Source: an uncultured Candidatus Saccharibacteria bacterium (lineage in GTDB: Bacteria; Patescibacteriota; Minisyncoccia; Phycocordibacterales; CAIZIN01). From it: DNA of 47,887 nt. The position numbers were made by a program, and so were the translations under genes. Under the pieces are notes generated by a model. The model did no database searches, was not told the DNA's origin, and was given only the letters and a program-made list of their open reading frames with translations. Below are positions 1 through 7,168 of this stretch, piece after piece. How positions within the stretch are numbered: position 1 is the stretch's first letter; every line of letters starts with the position of its first letter. The stretch covers positions 1 through 47,887 of the forward strand of contig CAYZZT010000001.1 of the NCBI GenBank assembly GCA_964483025.1, written 5' to 3'.

Positions 1-63
1 CAGACTAAATTCCAATCTGTTCTTCAAAACCAACAAACCAACCCCAACACCCCAACTACCACC

Positions 64-279
64 ATGAAAGAAAACACTGTATACGCGCTTAAGCTCATTG
101 GATGCATCTTGCTCGGATTCACCTTAGCCTTCGTCGCAATGGCACCCAGAATATGGGCAGCGAGGGAATCGCTCAACGAGATTCGGGCGAAAAGGGAAAT
201 CTTTGAACAGATCAAAAAGGAGGATGAGAAATTCCGCAAGGAACTACGCGAATCCTTTCGTTCTGACAAGGTGAAATAG
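64..279 (+). CDS. small membrane protein, 71 aa, unknown function
   Basis: Intact ORF with one hydrophobic helix (ALKLIGCILLGFTLAFVAMAP) and a K/E-rich tail. A/C-rich leader without SD. Stop TAG 277-279 lies inside a hairpin that precedes hammerhead 1. No family recognised. Confidence 0.5.
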   Translation: MKENTVYALKLIGCILLGFTLAFVAMAPRIWAARESLNEIRAKREIFEQIKKEDEKFRKELRESFRSDKVK

Positions 280-316
280 TGGTAAACCTACTAGGTTCTC
301 GATTAACCTTAAAATC

Positions 317-373
317 GTATCTGTCGGCAAGTGTGTACTTGTCCTGATGAGTCAAAAATGACGAAACAGACCA
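317..373 (+). ncRNA. hammerhead ribozyme, type III (HH1)
   Basis: Stem III 320-324/366-370. GUC cleavage triplet 323-325, cut predicted after C325. Stem I GGCAAG-UGUGUA-CUUGUC 326-343. Core CUGAUGA 344-350. Stem II GUCA-AAAA-UGAC 351-362. GAAA 363-366. All invariant core positions present. Confidence 0.85.
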
Positions 374-1061
374 GATCTTTAATAAAAACAGAAAATTCCT
401 TGCACCAAACCCTGTGCTCACCCCTTCGACAACCTCGCAAAAAAATATTGAGGATCAGGTGGGCTCAGGATTTGGTGCAGGGAGTTGTTGCGACCCCAGA
501 GCACGGAGTGAATAATTTGGGGTGCGGACTCCAAACAAGGGGGAATCGGCGGATTCTTCGGCTCAAGACTGGTAGCTCTTCAAATGGATACACTGGTCAC
601 CGCATGGGAAAAGCCATACACACGAGTTAGGTTTTGTAGGTGGTTGGAGGCTCTAACGCAAGAGCCGTCCGAGAACTGCTTACGAAACCCTGTGATGAGG
701 CAATTTCATGACTGCCTTTTCGATCACAGACTTTATTCTCCCAAAGAGGAAGGGGGAAGTCCCTCTTGTTAACTTGGCAAACCCAGGGGTCTTGTGTCGA
801 ATCAAGATCTCATCGCAACACATTTTCTTGGGTTCCGAAATCCAAGAAAATATTTTCAAAAAAACCGTGGCCTACGTCATCGTAAACGGGCTCGTGATGT
901 CTCTTCCGGAGTATCGCGAGTACGTTCGGAGCAAGTAATTGCTTCGTGGCCTGCTCCCATCGTGAGATGGAAAGCCGAGGTAGAGAAAACTACCTTGTGA
1001 ACAGAAATTTCAACTACTCAATCGAGTACTTGCAATAAATCACGGATAGATTTTCTATCCG
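374..1061 (+). ncRNA. ORF-poor, helix-rich segment between HH1 and HH2; unclassified structured RNA candidate
   Basis: Only short overlapping ORFs in all three plus frames with implausible products; no minus-strand ORF of 60 aa or more between 421 and 1616. Long-range helix 398-414/466-482 (17 bp, one mismatch) encloses helices 416-422/458-464 and 433-436/450-453. Extended hairpin 690-729 and many other local hairpins. No match to tmRNA, RNase P or SRP RNA recognised by eye. Confidence 0.4.
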
Positions 1062-1116
1062 TTACTGTCTCGAAGTGTGTACTTCGACTGATGAGCTTAA
1101 AAAAGCGAAACAGACC
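1062..1116 (+). ncRNA. hammerhead ribozyme, type III (HH2)
   Basis: GUC 1067-1069, cut after C1069. Stem I UCGAAG-UGUGUA-CUUCGA 1070-1087. CUGAUGA 1088-1094. Stem II GCUU-AAAA-AAGC 1095-1106. GAAA 1107-1110. Short stem III 1065-1068/1110-1113 (4 bp). Confidence 0.8.
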
Positions 1117-1585
1117 CTAAACAGCTAAAACTGTTGGGCAAGAAAGTTCTTTAAAATAACAGCTGTAACTCGTCTGTACATGAGAGTGTTTTTATAAACA
1201 TTCTCACGTGCAGGCGAGTGTAGCGCCATAGCATGTGTACTGTGATTAAACATTGTTTTGGTTCATCAAATCGATGAAAACCAAAGCTGTGTACAACCAT
1301 CACACTTTCGACATACCACCAAAAGCATAAACCAGATTAGATAGCAGTCGCTCGAACCCGTCGAGAGCCAACGATTGTTTCATATCTTTTAGTTATGTGA
1401 ATAGGTAGAAGGACCCAAAAACGGTCCGGGTATGTCATGACTCTGAAGGAGAAGGGGACAGTAAGCCTCTTATAAGAGTTATGGAGAGGGCTTGTAGAGC
1501 ATTGGTTGCTCGCTTGTCTAATCTGCTACACACTAATTTTTTTCTTTTGCAAAGTTAAAATCTAACCAAACCAAAACCAAAAACT
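1117..1585 (+). ncRNA. second ORF-free structured stretch downstream of HH2 (leader or ncRNA)
   Basis: No ORF of 60 aa or more on either strand. Long imperfect hairpin about 1171-1220. Long-range pairing cagattagata (about 1335-1347) with tgtctaatctg (about 1517-1530). Several nested hairpins. Ends in an A/C-rich tract aaccaaaccaaaaccaaaaac. Confidence 0.3.
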
Positions 1586-1990
1586 ATGGCCTATTACAGC
1601 ACATTCATATTCCAGTTACCTGGCTGTCCCGAGATTCATTTGAGTACTCGGTACGACATAATTCAGGAGTTCGACCAATGTCGCGGTTTTGGTGGAGGAA
1701 GGATTGCTTTCAAGCCCTTCTATAAACCTAGTCGTCGCATGTGCACGAGCCTGAATTGGGGTGGAGGCAAATCTCCGAGGGTGAAGCTGACTAAAAATCA
1801 GCGGAGAAAGATTCAAACCTTTCTCAAGGTGTTCTACCTCAAGGGTATTCACCACATTCCTCGGAAATACCGAAAGTTCGTAAAGAACGACGGTGTCTTC
1901 CCCCAAGAGTGTCTCCGCTAGGTGCTCTGGGATTGATTGCCTCCACGAGGCAACGGCAAATAATTCGTGGGAGTAGTGAAGCATTTCACT

Positions 1991-2067
1991 GGAGAATAAT
2001 TAAAATATTCTCCTCTCAATTGAGTTCGTCACATGGTGTGGTGGATTCATAGAGAAGTTCTTTAAAA
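1991..2067 (+). other. conserved motif A: hairpin + CAATTGAGTTC-[variable hairpin]-GATTCATAGAGAAGTTCTTTAAAA
   Basis: Hairpin 1991-2013, then conserved blocks 2014-2027 and 2044-2067 around a variable hairpin. Near-identical architecture at 2760-2837. Sits 18 nt upstream of the ORF starting at 2085. Confidence 0.5.
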
Positions 2068-2084
2068 CAAACAAGAGTAAATAT

Positions 2085-2684
2085 ATGAAGACCACACTTA
2101 CATCAGACCGTCTTATCGATTTTTTATTCCTTCTAAGAAAAAAAGGAGTAACTCCAGAAGTATTTGAGAAGTGTTTGGAGAGTAGAATTCTAAACGATGT
2201 GTTCAATCCGGAAGCAAAACTCACGAGCCGTGATGCTTGGCGAGTTGCCTTGGGCTTAGGCAGATATACTTTCATCGTTGACTATAGTATGTCCCTAAGT
2301 AAGATGCTTTTGGATGTTGGTGGATACTGGAACCACGTCGATCGTGATATCAACTCAATAAACTTTCCTATAGTAGGTGAAGGAATTATTGAATATGAGT
2401 TTAGAATTTTCCGGCCACGGGTAAAGACTAGTATGGAGTTGGAAAAAGTGATTAAGCTCATAAAAAGCGAAGACAAACGAAATCCTTGGGGGCCAGCAAA
2501 GATTGAGCATCTTATTGCTTTTGGTGGAAAATTTCCTGAAAAACAACTCAAAGGCAACATTGTCGCTCCTAGCCCGGTTAATATTCATGGAAAGTCAGTA
2601 ATGGTTTTACTTGCGGACGAGCAGGATGTAGACGGGATGATCGATGAACGCTCCATTGAGGTTTGTGGTTGTGACGCCCGCTAG
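2085..2684 (+). CDS. hypothetical protein, 199 aa
   Basis: Longest clean ORF in the hammerhead region with protein-like composition. Antisense ORFs look like shadows. No family recognised. Confidence 0.6.
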   Translation: MKTTLTSDRLIDFLFLLRKKGVTPEVFEKCLESRILNDVFNPEAKLTSRDAWRVALGLGRYTFIVDYSMSLSKMLLDVGGYWNHVDRDINSINFPIVGEGIIEYEFRIFRPRVKTSMELEKVIKLIKSEDKRNPWGPAKIEHLIAFGGKFPEKQLKGNIVAPSPVNIHGKSVMVLLADEQDVDGMIDERSIEVCGCDAR

Positions 2685-2759
2685 TCTGGAAGCCCTAGTT
2701 ACCTTGCGGTTCGTAAAGCCAAGCCTTTAGTTTCGTAGTCGGGAATAAAAAATCTTTTT

Positions 2760-2837
2760 AGCACTTTTTCAAAAGTAAAAAGTGCTTTCAATTGAGTTCT
2801 CAAAATGGTTTGAGAGTTCATAGAGAAGTTCTATAAA
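2760..2837 (+). other. conserved motif B (second copy of motif A architecture)
   Basis: Hairpin 2760-2786. TTCAATTGAGTTC 2787-2799. Variable hairpin tctcaaa/tttgaga 2798-2815. GTTCATAGAGAAGTTCTATAAA 2816-2837. Confidence 0.5.
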
Positions 2838-2840
2838 TTT

Positions 2841-2894
2841 TTGTGTATCCATAGTAAGAATGTTTAATTAAATTTTTTTACTATGGATACACAA
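2841..2894 (+). promoter_or_regulatory. perfect 17-bp hairpin sequestering the start codon of the 2883 ORF
   Basis: ttgtgtatccatagtaa 2841-2857 is the exact reverse complement of ttactatggatacacaa 2878-2894, with a 20-nt loop. ATG 2883-2885 lies in the 3' arm. Confidence 0.6.
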
Positions 2895-3104
2895 AACCAA
2901 AAAGGGGAAAACGCCACCCCGAATTACAAGTTGGCGTTCGTGCTTCTCGCAGTATTTTTTGCAGGGCAGGTGACTGGGTATTTTGCCCATGATCATCCTC
3001 CGGTGAAGAAACCAGCTGAAGTGAATCCTACCCACTTCGATTCTTATTACGAGGATTACGAAGATGGGTACGAAGCTCCTCTTTCGCCCGATGAGGTGAT
3101 TTAG
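2883..3104 (+). CDS. small membrane protein, 73 aa, unknown function
   Basis: ORF with one hydrophobic helix (LAFVLLAVFFAGQVTGYF) and an acidic Y/E/D-rich tail. Same layout as ORF 64-279: stop codon followed by two hairpins and a hammerhead. Confidence 0.5.
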   Translation: MDTQNQKGENATPNYKLAFVLLAVFFAGQVTGYFAHDHPPVKKPAEVNPTHFDSYYEDYEDGYEAPLSPDEVI

Positions 3105-3147
3105 GGGATGGTAGTAAATCTACCAGGTTTGAGAGTTAACCTTAAAA

Positions 3148-3209
3148 CTCTTTCTGTCTCGAAGTGTGTACTTCGGCTGATGATTCCGAAAGGATGAAAC
3201 AGAAACAGT
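3148..3209 (+). ncRNA. hammerhead ribozyme, type III (HH3, variant stem II closing pair)
   Basis: GUC 3156-3158, cut after C3158. Stem I UCGAAG-UGUGUA-CUUCGG 3159-3176. CUGAUGA 3177-3183. Stem II UUCC-GAAA-GGAU 3184-3195, with U-U at the 10.1/11.1 position. GAAA 3196-3199. Stem III 3151-3157/3199-3205 (7 bp). Confidence 0.75.
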
Positions 3210-3353
3210 TCATTGAAAAGCTTGCAAAAGCATGGATACAGCCAAAAGTATTTAATTATTTAAATTCTTCTGGCTGTATCTACCGGGTGGTAAATATAGT
3301 TAACGTTGGTCCAATCGTAAAAACAGGACTCGTATAGCGATAACGTCACCGCT

Positions 3354-3857
3354 TTGTTCATTGTGAAAAATAATCTGATTGCGTTCTACAAAACTATCCT
3401 TGCTTACCTCATTATCGACATCGAGTTTGATAACACAATTTCGGTAATTCTGGATCTTTTCAGGAAATCATCTCCGTCATGGGAGGCGACTGAGGAGAGC
3501 ATTCGGAAACTCCAAGAATGTGTTAATTATCCATCTTTGGTTGAAGATGATAGTGATTGGTCAACCACATTGAATGATTTTATCAAATCGGCATTCAAGG
3601 ATCTTTCGATTCTAAAGAATCCCGAAGCGATGGAGCTCTTTGATGAGTTGGCCAAAAAGTGTCTTCCGACTTTTCGGCACGGTGAAGACATGTTCATCTG
3701 GGCACGTACTATCAAAGAGCGCGTGGGTGGCAGTGCTGTCATCGTGCTCCACGTGAGCGATCTCGAAAGATTTCGCAAGATCATCGAGGAGCATGACCTC
3801 GTGGATGGTTCAACTGAGTGTTACACTCTTGAAGAGTGCATTCAGCTCGGGTCATGA
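3354..3857 (+). CDS. hypothetical protein, up to 167 aa (start uncertain, TTG or GTG)
   Basis: Long ORF with plausible acidic globular composition. No in-frame ATG near the 5' end (candidates TTG 3354, GTG 3363). Followed by an intrinsic terminator. Confidence 0.45.
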   Translation: MFIVKNNLIAFYKTILAYLIIDIEFDNTISVILDLFRKSSPSWEATEESIRKLQECVNYPSLVEDDSDWSTTLNDFIKSAFKDLSILKNPEAMELFDELAKKCLPTFRHGEDMFIWARTIKERVGGSAVIVLHVSDLERFRKIIEEHDLVDGSTECYTLEECIQLGS

Positions 3858-3890
3858 ACCCAAACGCTTTGAAGAACGGCGTACAACTTC

Positions 3891-3927
3891 AACCCCGACT
3901 ATTAATTTAGTTCGGGGTTTTATTTTA
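3891..3927 (+). terminator. intrinsic terminator closing the hammerhead-containing unit
   Basis: aaccccga / ttcggggtt stem followed by a T-rich run ttttatttta. Confidence 0.65.
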
Positions 3928-3945
3928 ATAAATGTTTTGATCATA

Positions 3946-4077
3946 GATTCTCGCATTCGCAAGAATGACAGAAAGGAGGAAATTTATTTTTAAATTTTAA
4001 CAAAATAACCTGGATCCCCGCATTCGCGAGGACGACACAAAATATAGTCATGAATACATTCCTTATTTTGTGTCGTT
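3946..4077. repeat. MITE-like hairpin repeat cluster
   Basis: gattctcgcattcgcaagaatgacag and ctggatccccgcattcgcgaggacgacac modules plus hairpin gacacaaaata...tattttgtgtc. Same family as the loci listed below. Confidence 0.7.
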
Positions 4078-4109
4078 TTTAATTTGAAACGTGGTACAAT
4101 TATTTCATT

Positions 4110-5699
4110 ATGAGTTTCGCAAAAGTTTTTTCTGCGCAAACGGTACTACTGAAACCGCACATTATTAATATTGAAATTGACCTTTCAAAAGGTTTATATA
4201 CTTTTTCATTAATCGGGCTTGCAAGTAAAGAAGTCGATGAAGCAAAAGACAGAGTGGGTGCCGCAATAAAAAATTCTGGCTACACAAGTCCCAAACAAAA
4301 AAATCAAAAAATTGTTGTTTCTCTTGCACCGGCTGATATAAAAAAAGAAGGACCACTTTTTGATGTTCCTATCGCCCTTGCATATCTTATTGCATCCGGT
4401 GATATTAAATTTAATCCAGATAAAAAATTATTTATTGGCGAGCTTGCTCTTGATGGAAGTGTACGACCTGTGCGAGGAGTTTTGCCAATTGTGAAATTTG
4501 CTAAAGATCAAAATTTTTCTGAAGTTTATGTTCCTTCGGAAAATGCCGAGGAGGCACTTTTGGTGGAAGGAATTGATGTCTACGGAATTTCAAATTTGAA
4601 AGAATTGATTGACCATTTGAATGAGAGAAATATTGATTTGGACGATGAAGGTACGGAAGAAGATTTTGTAAATAAAAAACTTTCACCACTTGAAAGAATT
4701 AAAAATGATTTATTGACTGGTGAAAATATTTTGGAAGTTGATGTTGATTTTGCTGATGTGAAAGGAAATGAAACTGCAAAAAGAGGATTAGAAATCGCAG
4801 CAGCGGGGGGACATAATATTTCTATGTGGGGGCCACCGGGTACAGGGAAGACAATGTTGGCAAGAGCATTTCGACATTTACTCCCAGAACTTTCTTTGGA
4901 TGAACAACTCGAAGTTACGAGCATACATTCTGTGGCCGGTGCGCTTCACAATTCTTTGGTAAAAGTTCCCCCGTTTCGAGCACCTCATCATACATCATCT
5001 TATGTATCACTTGTGGGCGGTGGAACTATTCCAAAACCTGGCGAAGTGACTCTCGCACATAAAGGTGTTTTATTTTTAGATGAATTTCCTGAATTTGAAA
5101 CAAGAGTGATAGATGCCCTAAGACAACCCCTAGAAGACAGAGTGGTCACTGTTTCACGAGCAAAAGGTTCGGCAAATTTTCCCGCACAATTTATTTTAGT
5201 TGCTGCGATGAACCCTTGTCCTTGTGGAAATTTTCAATCACGAGACAAAGAATGTATTTGCTCACCAATAGTGATTTCAAGATATCAAAGAAAAATTTCT
5301 GGGCCAATTGTTGATCGTATTGATATGTGGGTAGAAGTGAGTAAGGTGAAACACGGGGAGCTGATGGAAAAAGCAAATGGCGAGAATACAAATGATGTAA
5401 GAAAGAGAGTTGTGAAAGCTCGTGATATACAGAGCAAAAGATTTGCAGAAAAAAAATTGAAAATAAAAACGAACGGCGAAATGAATTCAAGAAATGTAAT
5501 TGCTTGTGCAAATTTATCTGAATCAGCAAAAAAGATTTTAGATCTTTCTGCAAATAAAATTGGGCTATCAGCACGAGGGTATCACAGGGTGGTGAAGCTC
5601 GGAAGAACTATTGCAGATTTAGCAGAAAGTAATGATATAAATGATGCACATATTTTAGAAGCACTTCAGTATAGACCAAAATCTTTTTCTAGTTTTTGA
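4110..5699 (+). CDS. comM: Mg-chelatase-like AAA+ protein, YifB/ComM family
   Basis: N-terminal Lon-protease-like domain, Walker A GPPGTGKT, Walker B LFLDEFPEF, C-terminal ChlI-type region. TACAAT 4095-4100 lies 9 nt before the ATG. Confidence 0.85.
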   Translation: MSFAKVFSAQTVLLKPHIINIEIDLSKGLYTFSLIGLASKEVDEAKDRVGAAIKNSGYTSPKQKNQKIVVSLAPADIKKEGPLFDVPIALAYLIASGDIKFNPDKKLFIGELALDGSVRPVRGVLPIVKFAKDQNFSEVYVPSENAEEALLVEGIDVYGISNLKELIDHLNERNIDLDDEGTEEDFVNKKLSPLERIKNDLLTGENILEVDVDFADVKGNETAKRGLEIAAAGGHNISMWGPPGTGKTMLARAFRHLLPELSLDEQLEVTSIHSVAGALHNSLVKVPPFRAPHHTSSYVSLVGGGTIPKPGEVTLAHKGVLFLDEFPEFETRVIDALRQPLEDRVVTVSRAKGSANFPAQFILVAAMNPCPCGNFQSRDKECICSPIVISRYQRKISGPIVDRIDMWVEVSKVKHGELMEKANGENTNDVRKRVVKARDIQSKRFAEKKLKIKTNGEMNSRNVIACANLSESAKKILDLSANKIGLSARGYHRVVKLGRTIADLAESNDINDAHILEALQYRPKSFSSF

Positions 5700-5720
5700 G
5701 AAACTAGAAAAAGATTTTGG
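5676..5720. terminator. 20-bp perfect inverted repeat spanning the comM stop codon
   Basis: ccaaaatctttttctagttt 5676-5695 pairs with aaactagaaaaagattttgg 5701-5720. Stop TGA 5697-5699 is in the loop. Confidence 0.5.
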
Positions 5721-5756
5721 TCTAAGAATTATGAATTAAGAATTAGGAATTATGAA

Positions 5757-5790
5757 GAAAATGCCTGACCCGAAGGGTCAGGCATTTTCA
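5757..5790. terminator. bidirectional terminator hairpin between convergent genes
   Basis: aatgcctgaccc-gaa-gggtcaggcatt with A-run and T-run flanks, embedded in AT-word inverted repeats 5728-5846. Confidence 0.7.
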
Positions 5791-5846
5791 TGTATTAAAT
5801 TTATTCTTAATTCATAATTCCTAATTCTTAATTCTAGCCTTTTTTG

Positions 5847-7088
5847 CTACTGCAAAAAAGGCTTAACATATTCATACAAAGAGTTTTGTTTGAGAAGAAA
5901 TGATGAGATGAGTATCTTTTTATCGGTGTTGATAAAGTCTTGTAAACTTTTTCCAGTTTCAGTATTTATTGCACGGCTAATATAAGTTGTTGTTAATGCA
6001 TTTATTTTTGAATTTCCACTTTCATCATTTACAGATACGATTAGTCCAATAAGATTATTGCTGGAATTAAAAATACCTCCCCCAGAAGAACCGTGTTGTC
6101 CAACTTTTGAAATACTTGTTTCAAATACATCAACATTGTTTCCTCCTAATGTGAATACATTTGTAATATTTATTACGTCTGCAACAAAATTTAAATATTT
6201 ACGAAGTGAAAGTGCTCCTAATGTACCAGCTGGATATCCAGCTACTAAAATTTTATTTCCAGAGCTTTGTTCTGTTAATGCTTCTGTATTTATGTTTGTG
6301 TGCGGAATATTTGAATCTAAATTTGTACCGTCAGTTTTTGAATTTATTGAAAGAAAAGCAAAATCATTTTCTCCTGTGCCTCGAGCACTTTGTGAAAAAA
6401 GAACGCTAGCATTTTTCTTTAACCAATCTTCATTAATATAAATTAGTGATGCTTTATATTTATCTGTTGCAATTTCTCCTTGTCGGATTACACAGTCTCT
6501 GTTTGGTATAAGATAATTTTCCGCAACATGTGCATTTGTTAAAATAATTCCTTTTTCTGATATGACGACACCACTACCCGTTGAGATAGAAACCATATTT
6601 CCTTTTGTAGATACACAAAAAATATTTATAACACTTTGTTTGGAATTATTATAAACATTAGTCCACTCACCTAAGGCTATTCCTCTATTTATCTCTTCTG
6701 TGATTTGTGGGAGCTCAATACTAGGAACTGGAAGATTTTTTAGTGATGGAGTTTCCTTTGCTTCTGGTTTTTTAACAGGAGTTGGTATTGGAGCTTTAGG
6801 AGGATTTCCTTTTGTGGTTTCAGTATTGATAGGCGGAATCTGTTTTAGTGTAGTAGAAATTTCTTTTTTAGGAATCGTTGGCTGTGTTTCAATTTTGTTT
6901 TTTGCAATATCAACATTTCTTTCTTCAATGTTTACAAAAATAGGGGTAGTATTTAATTGAATAGGAGTAGAAGTCGATTGATTTAGTTTTAAATCAATAT
7001 TATGTCCGACGAAGGTGAATGACCATGCGAGGACGGCTATTAAAACTCTAGAAAAGACTTGTCCAGCGATTTGTATTAAAGGTCCCAT
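5847..7088 (-). CDS. membrane-anchored trypsin-like serine protease (S1C/HtrA-like, no PDZ recognised)
   Basis: N-terminal hydrophobic anchor and a P/T/K-rich linker. Catalytic motifs TNAHV (His) and GSSGGG (Ser). Confidence 0.75.
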   Translation of the reverse strand: MGPLIQIAGQVFSRVLIAVLAWSFTFVGHNIDLKLNQSTSTPIQLNTTPIFVNIEERNVDIAKNKIETQPTIPKKEISTTLKQIPPINTETTKGNPPKAPIPTPVKKPEAKETPSLKNLPVPSIELPQITEEINRGIALGEWTNVYNNSKQSVINIFCVSTKGNMVSISTGSGVVISEKGIILTNAHVAENYLIPNRDCVIRQGEIATDKYKASLIYINEDWLKKNASVLFSQSARGTGENDFAFLSINSKTDGTNLDSNIPHTNINTEALTEQSSGNKILVAGYPAGTLGALSLRKYLNFVADVINITNVFTLGGNNVDVFETSISKVGQHGSSGGGIFNSSNNLIGLIVSVNDESGNSKINALTTTYISRAINTETGKSLQDFINTDKKILISSFLLKQNSLYEYVKPFLQ

Positions 7089-7168
7089 AATTTGTAGCTT
7101 AATAATAAACTATAATATCCCTTTTGACAAATATTTTCAATATGGTATTGTTTTAGGGGAGAAAAATT

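Noticed and set aside
331-1000. Four overlapping plus-strand ORFs (331-630, 584-772, 708-938, 794-1000) as coding genes or a frameshifted pseudogene
   Set aside because: They occupy all three frames and have nonsense-like Cys/Arg/Gly-rich sequences with no recognisable motifs. The region is packed with helices and bounded by ribozymes, so a non-coding RNA is the better explanation.
1586-1984. ORF 1586-1921(+) and its mirror ORF 1616-1984(-) as genes
   Set aside because: They are mutually exclusive mirror ORFs of similar length, both with atypical composition and no SD. Left unannotated pending coding-potential or homology tests; the plus ORF cannot be fully excluded.
2014-2067. Motif A/B interpreted as a standard sigma70 promoter (TTGAGT ... 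TTCATA)
   Set aside because: The spacing between the hexamer-like elements is 19-20 nt and the hexamers are weak. The variable middle keeps base pairing, which fits an RNA or protein-binding element better. Left as unclassified.
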